Shown: positions 25,952 through 35,131 of the stretch, piece by piece | Layout of the letters: the number at the start of each line of letters is the position of its first letter | Numbering within the stretch: position 1 is the stretch's first letter | Virus record (IMG/VR): IMGVR_UViG_3300029822_000011 | Coordinates: 1-61,783 of that record | Reading direction: 5' to 3' (one strand) | DNA length: 61,783 bases | Origin: a virus | Lineage: Duplodnaviria > Caudoviricetes | Notes under the pieces: generated by a model | The model's database searches: none | What the model was told of the DNA's origin: nothing | The model's input: only the letters and a program-made list of their open reading frames with translations | Program-made: the position numbers and the translations under genes

Positions 25952-28402
25952 ATGCTCGTAGTTTTCCGATCGCCGCTCTCGCGTCTCTCCAAGGCGCAGA
26001 AGCGCCTCGGGCTCACCTGGGACGAGTCGGCCCATCCGCGCGGGCAGAGCCAGAACCCCGGCCAGTTCACGCGCAAGCCCGGCGCCACTGCGACGGCCCC
26101 GCAGGCCCCGAAGCCCGCGAACGGGCCGGCGGCGCCGGTGACCGGCGGGCGCAAGCCGCTTACCCCCCTCAATACCCCGACGCGCCTGAAGTTCGGCGTG
26201 GAGGATCTCGTCTTCACGGAGGCGGAGAAGGCACGCTCGCCTTATACCTGGCGGGTCAAGGAGATCACCCGGCGCATCGGCCATATCATGGAGCCGATGG
26301 CGATGTGGGCGCTCTCTGACGAGATGATTGACGCGCTGCGGCGGGAGGTCGTCGCCAACGATGATCAGGTCGGGCAGATGATGGTCGATATCCACCGCAA
26401 TATGCGGGCGAGCTTCTCGAAGGCGCAGAAAGACGACGCCCGCGGCGTGATTGTCGCGATGCTCAAGCAGGCCGTGGGGCGCGAGGAGGACGGGACGAAC
26501 GGTGAGGCCAACGGCAACGGCAACGGCAACGGGCATGTGCGCAAGGCGCTCGTGGCGCTAACGCTCGAGGAGGCCTTCCTGCCGCCGGCGGCACCTCGGA
26601 CCGGGGCCGTGCAGCGTTTCCTCGGCTGGCTGCGCAAGTCGCAGATGTCGCTCTTTGACGAGGACCTGCATCCCCGCCACGGCAAAGGTTCCCCGAAGGG
26701 CGGGCAGTTCGCGCCGAAAGGGAAGAAGCAGGCGGCGTCGGCAGGCGCGCAGGGCAACCTGTTCGCCGACAAGCCCGCACCCGCAGAGGTGCACAAGCCC
26801 GTGGCGGCAGCGGCGCCGGTAGAAGCAGCACCGGAGCCGGAGGTTGTGGCCGATGGCCTGACGGTGCGCCCGGCGCACTTCCGCCACTATACCGACGAGG
26901 GCCGGGTGGCGCACTGGGAGGTCTCGGAGGAGGAGTACCTGCAGGAGCGGGTGGCGCGCGAGCAGCGCAGGCTCGAGGGGCAGGTGCGCTACTACACGGA
27001 GCAGCTCGCGGCGATGGGGCCGCGCACAGGAGCGCGCAAGCGGGCGGAGGCAGAGGCCTTTCTCGGCATGTTCCAAAGGGACCTCGAGAAGTTCCGTGCG
27101 GAGGGGCCGAAGCCGGCGCATCTGCAGAAGTGGCGCGAGGATTACATCGCCCTCGTCGGCAAAGCTATCTCCAAGGGCGAGCCGGTCCCCGAGGAGGTCA
27201 TCGCGCAAAGGCCCGAGTTCGCAACGGCGCGCACGGCGCGCCAGCGCTATGAGAAGGGCCGCCACACCTCGTTTGCCAACCGCTCTGCGGCCATAAATGA
27301 CACGATGCAGCAGGCCGCCGGCTACAAGGTCAAGCGGCAGGACGGCAAGCCGATCACGCCTGAGCAGATTGAGGAGATCGAGGTCGGCGTGGCGGAGATC
27401 GCGTCCGTGGTCGGCGAGGACATCCGCAGGCTGTTGCGCGAAACCGACGCAACGATTGCTCATACCTCGGGGAAACATCCGTTCCTGCAGACGTCGGGCG
27501 GCTGTTACAGTCCGACGGAGAAGACAATCACGATGGGCACGATCAGTCAGGGCGGGAGGGAGGTGCGCGCGCTCGCGCACGAACTCGGGCACTGGCTCGA
27601 TATTGAGGCCGGCAAGCGCGAGGGCGTCAAGGTCTACGTCGGGGAAGGCAGCCGTGGGCGCGGCCAGTACTCATCCTCGCTGGCGGAGGGGGAGAACGCA
27701 TACATGGTCGGTGGCCTCATTGGACGGGCCAGGCGCCTGATCAACCACGAGTATGAGGTCACCCGCCTGCTCAAGAAGCCAAAGAAGAATATCTCCCCCG
27801 AGGAGCAGGAGGAACGCGCACTCGTGCGCGTGTCGCTTGGGGCCTACTGGCGGCGACCGCGAGAGATCTTCGCGCGGCTCTTTGAGCAGTACATCGCGAC
27901 GCGCATCGGCGACCCGAAGGTCGCGGCCCGCGGAGACTTGCACCGTGCGGCGGGCTGGTGGACCGCTGATGACTTCGCAGGCCTGGTGCCCGATATCGAG
28001 CGGGAGATCGCCCGGCGCATCGAGATCCTCGGTGGCGACGCTGCCGAGTTCGAGCAGCAGGCGCCTCCTCTCGAACCCCCTCGGGACGTGTCAGCGCCGG
28101 AGAAAGTCGGCAAAGCGTCGGGCGCTGGGGGCACCCGCGAGGAATGGCACATAGCCCTTCCTAAGGTGCTGAGCCTCGGCGCAGAGATGACCGCGCTGGT
28201 GGCGATCAACAGCACTCGCCCGAACGACGGTATCCTGACATACGAGGCCGTTCTGGCCGAACTTGAGGGGAACCCCTACGCGGGCGACGTGGAGGGTGCG
28301 CGTCGCGCGCTGCAGGACGCGGCGGATACGCTAGAGCGCAAGCGCACCCCCGTCCGCAAGTCGATCATCGTTGCCCGCCGTCGTCAGGAGGTTGTCGTAT
28401 GA
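25952..28402 (+). CDS. Polyvalent-type protein: zincin-like HExxH motif plus LPD1-like region, two HPR...GQF tags
   Basis: ALAHELGHWLD; YWRRPREIFARLFEQYI; WDESAHPRGQSQNPGQF and FDEDLHPRHGKGSPKGGQF. Confidence 0.7.
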   Translation: MLVVFRSPLSRLSKAQKRLGLTWDESAHPRGQSQNPGQFTRKPGATATAPQAPKPANGPAAPVTGGRKPLTPLNTPTRLKFGVEDLVFTEAEKARSPYTWRVKEITRRIGHIMEPMAMWALSDEMIDALRREVVANDDQVGQMMVDIHRNMRASFSKAQKDDARGVIVAMLKQAVGREEDGTNGEANGNGNGNGHVRKALVALTLEEAFLPPAAPRTGAVQRFLGWLRKSQMSLFDEDLHPRHGKGSPKGGQFAPKGKKQAASAGAQGNLFADKPAPAEVHKPVAAAAPVEAAPEPEVVADGLTVRPAHFRHYTDEGRVAHWEVSEEEYLQERVAREQRRLEGQVRYYTEQLAAMGPRTGARKRAEAEAFLGMFQRDLEKFRAEGPKPAHLQKWREDYIALVGKAISKGEPVPEEVIAQRPEFATARTARQRYEKGRHTSFANRSAAINDTMQQAAGYKVKRQDGKPITPEQIEEIEVGVAEIASVVGEDIRRLLRETDATIAHTSGKHPFLQTSGGCYSPTEKTITMGTISQGGREVRALAHELGHWLDIEAGKREGVKVYVGEGSRGRGQYSSSLAEGENAYMVGGLIGRARRLINHEYEVTRLLKKPKKNISPEEQEERALVRVSLGAYWRRPREIFARLFEQYIATRIGDPKVAARGDLHRAAGWWTADDFAGLVPDIEREIARRIEILGGDAAEFEQQAPPLEPPRDVSAPEKVGKASGAGGTREEWHIALPKVLSLGAEMTALVAINSTRPNDGILTYEAVLAELEGNPYAGDVEGARRALQDAADTLERKRTPVRKSIIVARRRQEVVV

Positions 28403-31400
28403 AGCCGCTCGTGGTCACGAAGAAGACGCAGGCTCCGGCTGCCGTGCAGGGCGGGGCCGAACGCGAGTATCCCTGGCCGATCATCTCGGCCAAGTCCTGC
28501 TGTCATCTCGACTGGTATCCGATGCTCGGCGACCTCGAGGATGGCACCGATGATTACGAGTGCGAGGTCTGCGCCCTGTGCGGCGCGGTGCGCAACCTGC
28601 AGCGGTCTAACGGCGGTGGGCAGGCCCCGGTCATGCGCAAGGGCGTGACGCTCCTCGTCAAGGCGGCAGGCGGCGGCTACGTCGACTGGAAAAACGACCC
28701 GCGCTACCGCTGGATCACGATGCGCCCGCACGGCGAGGATGGCGAGGGCTACCCGGTGCTCATTCGCATGGATGACCCGAAGGGCGAGAAAGGCTCGGGG
28801 ACCGTCGTCGGCGGCGCCGGCGGCTCGATGAACTACCGGCGCGTGACGGGGGTGCGCTCGAAGGCCGACTACCAGACCGAGGCGCGGTCGCGACGCGCGG
28901 AGAGGGAGTCCAAGGCGGAGGCGCGCACAGCGAAGCGGGTGCAGGAGGCCCGCGACGCCGGACTGACCGATGCCGACCTCGCCGAAGCCGAACGGCAGCG
29001 CAAGGAGGCCCGCGAGCAGTTGCAGGAGGAGGCCACACTCGCTGAGGCCGAACACCTCGCGCACCTTGCAGAGATCATGGGGTGGGAAGTCCCGGCACTG
29101 TCGGAGACACAGCTTGAGGGCATGACCACGAAGACGAAAGACCGCATCGAGCGAGAGCGGCGCCGCCGGATGCTCAAAGAGGCCGAGAAAGCCGTTCAGA
29201 ATGTGCAGGACTCGGTGATCAAAGAGCACGACCGGGCCGTGACGGAGGCGATCGGGCAGGAGCGCGTGGAGGATCTCGCCTTTGACGAAGTTGACGACCG
29301 CGGCCTCGGCTACGTCGCGAAGGTAGAGACGCTCGCCAAAGAGGCCGGGATGACAAAGGCAGAGGCCCGCGCCCTCTCCCGTGCAACCACGGACGCCTCC
29401 CTCGAGCGTGCCGAGGACGAGGGATATATCAAGTCGGCGATCAAGGCACGCATGTACATCGACATGCTTCAGCAGGCCGGGGCGGATGCGCGGACGGAGG
29501 ACAAGCCGTTCCGTGAGCGGGGACTGCACAAGGTCGGGGAGGCGCCGGAACATCTCGAACCCGACCAGGCGCGGGCGCTGCTGGTCGCGCACGAGCAGTA
29601 CAAGCAGAAGCAGCGTGAGTTCCAGGCGAAGGAGCGCGAGATCACAGACGCCGCCCCGCAGAATGTCGTGGACGTGGCGGTGGTCACGCGCGGCGACGCC
29701 CTCGTGCGTATGGGGAAGATGACCGACGAAGAGGCTATGGCGAAAGTCGAGGAGAGCCTGCAGGCGCGGGCGCGTATCACGGCCGCCGACCGGCTCCTCT
29801 CGCGCATTGAGGAGCTTGAGGGTGGCGTCGAGTCGGTCGAGCAGCACCTTCTTGAGGGCCGCCACGTCCAGCTTCAGGAGGTGGCGCAGGCCGTCTTCTC
29901 TCAGCCGCTCACGATGCGCCGGGAGGTCCTCGACCTGCTCGGGCCGGAGGCGGGCGGGACCCTCATGGCCTACCTCATGCGGCAGGAACTCGGCGAGGAT
30001 GAGCGCGAGGCCGTGCGAACGGCGCTGCGCGAGGAGCACATCGAGACACAGGTCGACCGGGCGCGCACGGCCCTTGAGGACGCACAGGAGCACTTTGAGG
30101 CGGCGCAGGCGGCCTTCGCCGGCTTCGGCACCGTCGGCGAGCTCGGGGCGGAGGGGCTGGAGGCGGCGTCAGCGGCCAAGGCCGAGAAGCTGCGCGAGCT
30201 GCGCGAAGCCCGGCAGATCCTCGGCGTCACCCTTGGCCGGCTGCAGATGCTCGGCTCCATGAACGCGGCGCTTGCCGAGGGGGAGGGGCGCACACTCGAT
30301 GTCCCCCTCGGGCAGATCACCGGCGCGCAGGCGTGGCAGGTGGGGGCGGCGCTTGGCCTCGCCCGCGGCGAGTATGAGGTGCAATCGGACGGCCCGAACA
30401 AGTACATCCGGATCTCCCGCGACGCGTTCGGCAAGCTGATCGAAAGCCCCGACCCGGAGCAGAAGGAGCAGTATGAGGCGGCCGTGGCGATCAAGCGCGG
30501 CGACTTCGATGAGGACGGCTGGCTTGCCGAGGGGCTGATGAAGCGCCCGAGTGAGAAGTATTACGACGACCCGGACTTCACCGCCGGGTGGGGCGTGGAT
30601 GCGGCCGAACTGCTTGAGGGCAAGCACGGTGCCGAGTTTGAGGCCGGTATCCGTGAGTATGCCGGTAGGATGCTCGCCAACGGCGGCGCCGCGGGGATCG
30701 GCTCCCTGCGCCAGAACATGCTCTCGGCGCTGTGGCAGGCGGACAACCTCGACGACCGGCAGCGGGCTGAGTTCGCCGAGGTAGTGGCGAAGGTGTTCCC
30801 GGCTGATGCCGCAGAGGATAACTGGACGGGCGTTGCCGAGGAGCTGGTCAAGCCGTTCATCGAGCAGTCCAATGCCGAACGCGCCGCACTCGACGCGCAG
30901 AATATCGACGTGGTATCGGCCCGCGACCCCATCCACCGGGCGCTGCAGGCCTGCCCGGAGGGGAAGGTCGCGTTTACCCCCATCAGCCGCATGACGCCGC
31001 AGGACAAGGCGCTGCTCCGGCAGTACTTCTGGAACAAGCTGACGGATGAGAAGCCGCCGTCGGCAACGGAGAGTCGGGCGGCGAAGCAGGAGCAGGCGGA
31101 GGCTGCCGAGGAAGTCGTCGCGACGCAAATGGATATCTTCGGGAACCCCGTGGAGATCAAGCGCGGGGAGACGGAGGCGTTCCAGGAGAAGCAGGCGGAG
31201 GCCGATGCCGACCGCGGCGATCACGCATGGGCGCGTTATGTGAAGGCGATGAAGGGCGTAGGCAACGCCTACGCGACCGTGCAGTCGCTCATCCAGGGCG
31301 ACCTCGCCGAATCGTTCGCGAAGCACTACGCCCGCGAGACCGGCCGGGGCCTGCGCACGGCGCCGGCGGATGTCCCGAACGCCCTGCGGCATGTGATCGG

Positions 31401-33882
31401 CCTCATGCCCAAAGACGCCCTCGAGCGGGTGCTCGACGCGGACAACGGCGCGCTGCGCGAGATGTACGAGGGGCTGCGGCGGCGCGACACGCGCGGGCGC
31501 TACTCCGAGGGCGAGGTCGCCAACCTCGCCGTGCGGATCCTCGAGAAAGCGAAGAAGATGCAGCTCACGTTGTTCGGGGACGCATCGCCCGGGGCTCAGC
31601 GGCTCTCGATCGGCGCGACGGCAGAGAAGCAGCTCAAGCAGGCGTGGGCGCAGGTGGCCCCGCACTTTGACCCTGAGCGGCCGGCCCACATCATCGAGAA
31701 CCTCGCCCAGAGCGGGCCGAAGTACGTCCACCAGCAGCGGGCGATCAAGATGCTCGAGAAGGCGAAGCGCATCGGCCTGCACCACTCGACGGGCTGTATT
31801 GCCGGTACGACGCTGCTCCTCGACCCGGTGACAGGTGCGGCGAAGACGGTGCGTGAGCACCACGAGCAGCGTACGCACCCGCGCGTGTTGGCCGTGCGGC
31901 CCGACGGCTCATTCGCCGTCGCGGAGGCTGACGTGCCGTTCGTGAAGGGCGTGACGCGTCTGCTGACCGTGCGCACTGAGGCAGGGCGCGAGGTTACGGT
32001 TGCGCCGAACCACCTCTTCCTGACGGAGCGTGGCTGGCGTCCTGCCGCTGACCTGACTGCTGGAGATTCTCTATGCGCGGTCGGCGCCGCCACGGGATCT
32101 GATGCCACTCGACCAGCTTCCGAAAGGTCGATACACGAGTGGGACCGGGTGTCAAATGTGGTCGAGGCTGAGGTGGAGGAGTACTTCGACTTCGAGGTGC
32201 CTGTCTACCACAACTACGTCGCGCACGGCCTTGTCCACCACAACAGCGGCAAATCGCTCGCGTCGCTCGGCGCGTTCACCCACCTGCACTCGCAGGGTAA
32301 AGTGCAGCGCGGCCTGTACATGGTCCCCCCCAAGATCCAGGCGCAGTTCGGCGGCGAGATCAACGCCTACGCCGAACCGGGCCGCTATTCGCACTTCTCC
32401 GACCCGTCGGCGAGCGCGAGCGAGCGGCGGGCGGCCTACGCGGACCCGGAGAAGCAAATGGTGGTTATCTCGCACCAGGCGTGGCGCGATGACGTGACCT
32501 GGGCCGTGGCGCAGGAGCGCTTCGGCGGCAACGAGCAGGAGGCTGCCGACTGGCTGCGCACCGCAGAACGCGGGGAGACCGCAGAGGCGGTGCGCGCGGC
32601 GGTGGACGCGCAGGGCTGGTCGTTTGATATGAACGTGGTGGATGAGGGCCACGACACCCTCAACCGCAAGGGCAAGCCCGACTCGCGGCTCGCCCGGGTT
32701 ATCGACGCCACGACCGACCGGGCCGAGTACATGATGACGATGACCGCGACGCCCGTCAAAAACGACACCTCCGAGGCCTACGACCTGCTGCGCAAGGTGC
32801 GACCCGACAAGTTCCCTGCAGACGGCTACGAGGACTTCCGGCGTCGCTACGCCCTCAACACGGAGGCGAACCGGGAGGCCCTGCAGCGGCTCGTGGCACC
32901 CTATTTCTACGCGAAGAACGTGGATACGGGCGTGGAGGAGCGGCACTCGTACACCGGCACCGACCTCTCGCCGTGGCAGAAGGAGCGCTACCGGCAGGTG
33001 CTGGAGGACTACAACACCGCCCGCTCCGCCCCCGAGGGCAGCGACGCGCGGCGCGAGGCGATCCGCGCGCTCGTGCCTGATGAGTCCCTCCGGGATCTCT
33101 CGCCGGAGCAGGTGGCGCAGAAACTCGACGACCTCGGCGGGGCGCTTGGCTTCACGCGCGACCGGGCGATTGCGCGGGTGCTTGAACACGCTCCCGCCGA
33201 ACACAATCCGCGGATACAGAAGGTCGTGGAGATCGTCAAGCGCCACGCGGGCAAAGACGACGACGGCGGCCAGGTGCCGGGGCTGATCTTCTCGCAGTCG
33301 CTTGAGAGTGTGCGGCTGCTCGCCGACGCGCTGAAGAAAGAGGGGCTGCGGGTCGGGGTGATCACCGGGGAACTCTCCGGTGCCGACAGCGAGCTTCGCC
33401 GGATGGATTTCAACGCCGATGGTGGCCGCGGCAAGGGCGATGATCTCGCGCAGGAGGCGGCGACGCGCCGGAAGATGGCGAAGTATGACATCATCGTCGG
33501 CAGCGGTGCGGCGGGAACCGGGCTGAACATGGAGCGGGCGCGCTTCCTCGTTCATTACGATCAGCCGTGGACGGCCAAGGAAATTGCACAGAGAAACGGG
33601 CGCCAGAACCGCCTCTCGCAGCACTGGGGCGAGGTGGAGGTGCATACGCTCGGCACCGACGTGCCCTATGACCGCCGCCGGCGGGAGCTGGTGGAGAGAA
33701 AGGCGGGCCTGATGACGACGTTCATGGAGCCGACTGAGCAGCTTGACGACACGGGCCTGGCGCGGCGGATACGTGAGGCGCGGGCCGAACGGCTGTCGGA
33801 CGCGACGGAGACGGAGCTTGGGTTCGTGCCCCCGCGGGCGGGCGGGGGCGGCGCAGGCGCTATGCAGGAGGCGGCCACATGA
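28399..33882 (+). CDS. Large SNF2/SF2 helicase-domain protein (1827 aa) with intein
   Basis: Walker A HSTG/SGKS split by intein, VVDEGH, MTATP, GTGLN, QRNGRQNR. Confidence 0.88.
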   Translation: MKPLVVTKKTQAPAAVQGGAEREYPWPIISAKSCCHLDWYPMLGDLEDGTDDYECEVCALCGAVRNLQRSNGGGQAPVMRKGVTLLVKAAGGGYVDWKNDPRYRWITMRPHGEDGEGYPVLIRMDDPKGEKGSGTVVGGAGGSMNYRRVTGVRSKADYQTEARSRRAERESKAEARTAKRVQEARDAGLTDADLAEAERQRKEAREQLQEEATLAEAEHLAHLAEIMGWEVPALSETQLEGMTTKTKDRIERERRRRMLKEAEKAVQNVQDSVIKEHDRAVTEAIGQERVEDLAFDEVDDRGLGYVAKVETLAKEAGMTKAEARALSRATTDASLERAEDEGYIKSAIKARMYIDMLQQAGADARTEDKPFRERGLHKVGEAPEHLEPDQARALLVAHEQYKQKQREFQAKEREITDAAPQNVVDVAVVTRGDALVRMGKMTDEEAMAKVEESLQARARITAADRLLSRIEELEGGVESVEQHLLEGRHVQLQEVAQAVFSQPLTMRREVLDLLGPEAGGTLMAYLMRQELGEDEREAVRTALREEHIETQVDRARTALEDAQEHFEAAQAAFAGFGTVGELGAEGLEAASAAKAEKLRELREARQILGVTLGRLQMLGSMNAALAEGEGRTLDVPLGQITGAQAWQVGAALGLARGEYEVQSDGPNKYIRISRDAFGKLIESPDPEQKEQYEAAVAIKRGDFDEDGWLAEGLMKRPSEKYYDDPDFTAGWGVDAAELLEGKHGAEFEAGIREYAGRMLANGGAAGIGSLRQNMLSALWQADNLDDRQRAEFAEVVAKVFPADAAEDNWTGVAEELVKPFIEQSNAERAALDAQNIDVVSARDPIHRALQACPEGKVAFTPISRMTPQDKALLRQYFWNKLTDEKPPSATESRAAKQEQAEAAEEVVATQMDIFGNPVEIKRGETEAFQEKQAEADADRGDHAWARYVKAMKGVGNAYATVQSLIQGDLAESFAKHYARETGRGLRTAPADVPNALRHVIGLMPKDALERVLDADNGALREMYEGLRRRDTRGRYSEGEVANLAVRILEKAKKMQLTLFGDASPGAQRLSIGATAEKQLKQAWAQVAPHFDPERPAHIIENLAQSGPKYVHQQRAIKMLEKAKRIGLHHSTGCIAGTTLLLDPVTGAAKTVREHHEQRTHPRVLAVRPDGSFAVAEADVPFVKGVTRLLTVRTEAGREVTVAPNHLFLTERGWRPAADLTAGDSLCAVGAATGSDATRPASERSIHEWDRVSNVVEAEVEEYFDFEVPVYHNYVAHGLVHHNSGKSLASLGAFTHLHSQGKVQRGLYMVPPKIQAQFGGEINAYAEPGRYSHFSDPSASASERRAAYADPEKQMVVISHQAWRDDVTWAVAQERFGGNEQEAADWLRTAERGETAEAVRAAVDAQGWSFDMNVVDEGHDTLNRKGKPDSRLARVIDATTDRAEYMMTMTATPVKNDTSEAYDLLRKVRPDKFPADGYEDFRRRYALNTEANREALQRLVAPYFYAKNVDTGVEERHSYTGTDLSPWQKERYRQVLEDYNTARSAPEGSDARREAIRALVPDESLRDLSPEQVAQKLDDLGGALGFTRDRAIARVLEHAPAEHNPRIQKVVEIVKRHAGKDDDGGQVPGLIFSQSLESVRLLADALKKEGLRVGVITGELSGADSELRRMDFNADGGRGKGDDLAQEAATRRKMAKYDIIVGSGAAGTGLNMERARFLVHYDQPWTAKEIAQRNGRQNRLSQHWGEVEVHTLGTDVPYDRRRRELVERKAGLMTTFMEPTEQLDDTGLARRIREARAERLSDATETELGFVPPRAGGGGAGAMQEAAT
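31795..32244 (+). mobile_element. Mini-intein (150 aa, no homing endonuclease)
   Basis: Starts CIAGTT, block B TVAPNHLFLT, ends YFDFEV..HNYVAHGLVHHN followed by Ser. Confidence 0.92.
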
Positions 33883-34622
33883 GACCGCTGATGGTCGGGC
33901 CTGTGTTGAAGGCGCGACTGGAGGAACTGCTGCCGCTGTTGCGGAAAGCCTTCGACGAATCCAAGGTGCGCAGGCAGCCGCGAGGTTCGCCGAAGGGTGG
34001 GCAGTTCATGGCGCAGGCCAGCGGCATCCCGCCACGTCCCCAGACCACCTTCTGGGCCGCAGAGGAGGGCAATGCGCCTCCAGTCACGGGTTCGTTAGGC
34101 AGCGAGGAGTGGGAGGCCAGTCTCAGCACAGAGGAGGCCGATGCACTTCGCGCGTGGTGCTACAATGACTGGGAGTTCATCATGGCCGCCTCGCGCGCCG
34201 GTGACAATGCCGAGGAAGAGGTTGGATGGGAGTACGCCGATATGGCGCGCGCTATCGAGGAGGCCCTTGCGCGCGCGGAACCCTACGACGGGGCCGTGTG
34301 GCGCTCATTAGCACGATTGACTGCGGAAGAGGCGCAGGCCCTCAACTCCCTGGCACCGGGCGATATCGTCACCCTCAAGTGCCTTCAGTCGGCCAGTGCT
34401 GATTATGAATGGACGCGAGGATGGATTGATGCGCAGGGCGGCGTGACAGAGCGCTGCGCGATGCTCGCTATCAAGCAGAACCTCACTGGGGTTGATATCG
34501 CCAACCTCAGCAGCGAGGACCAGGCGGAGGTACTGCTTCGCCGGGGCGCTCAATACCGTGTGGAAGGAGTGGGTCCCGATGGGGAGGGCATCCTCACGGT
34601 GTACCTCAGCGAAGTCAACTAA
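33879..34622 (+). CDS. ADP-ribosyltransferase (R-S-E clade) with N-terminal cargo tag
   Basis: VWRS, LQSAS, DQAEVLL.RG..Y.V; N-terminus MRPLMV...LRKAFDESKVRRQPRGSPKGGQF. Confidence 0.8.
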   Translation: MRPLMVGPVLKARLEELLPLLRKAFDESKVRRQPRGSPKGGQFMAQASGIPPRPQTTFWAAEEGNAPPVTGSLGSEEWEASLSTEEADALRAWCYNDWEFIMAASRAGDNAEEEVGWEYADMARAIEEALARAEPYDGAVWRSLARLTAEEAQALNSLAPGDIVTLKCLQSASADYEWTRGWIDAQGGVTERCAMLAIKQNLTGVDIANLSSEDQAEVLLRRGAQYRVEGVGPDGEGILTVYLSEVN

Positions 34623-34706
34623 TGTGTCGAAGTCGCGCTTCATCGGGCGTGGCCTGCAGGATGTTGCTATCAGCAGCAAGCCTCAACGGCGAGGTGACGG
34701 TGCGAC

Positions 34707-35039
34707 ATGAAAGACCTGAACAAGCTCACACAGTCCATCGGCGCACTGCTCGCCCGCGTGGAGAAAGGCATCGCGGATACCGAGGGCGCCGTCGGTGACG
34801 CCCTGATCGAGCGCGCCGACGAGATCGAGCGCATCCGCACCGAGGACATGGAGCGGCAGAGGAAGATGCTCGACGCCGAATCCGACCCCTACAAGCTGCG
34901 CGGCATTGAGGCCCTCTACGTGGCGGCGGCGACGGACCGGCAGCGTGCCCGGCGTATCGGGCGCTATGAGCGGGACCTTCGGCTGGCGCGGCAGGAGCAG
35001 GAGGCCGAACGCGGGGAGCCGCTGATCATGGCGCCGTAG
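34707..35039 (+). CDS. Hypothetical helical protein
   Basis: GAGGTG RBS; charged helical composition; ends GEPLIMAP. Confidence 0.65.
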   Translation: MKDLNKLTQSIGALLARVEKGIADTEGAVGDALIERADEIERIRTEDMERQRKMLDAESDPYKLRGIEALYVAAATDRQRARRIGRYERDLRLARQEQEAERGEPLIMAP

Positions 35040-35062
35040 TCAACCTGTAACTGATGCTTACA

Positions 35063-35103
35063 ACGAGCGAGGCCCGCTGGCGAACCCGGCGGGCCTCGCT
35101 CGT
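35063..35103. terminator. Long intergenic hairpin
   Basis: ACGAGCGAGGCCCGCTGG/CCGGCGGGCCTCGCTCGT; no clear U-tract. Confidence 0.55.
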
Positions 35104-35131
35104 GTACGGACAGACCCGGGAGGTGGTGCGC

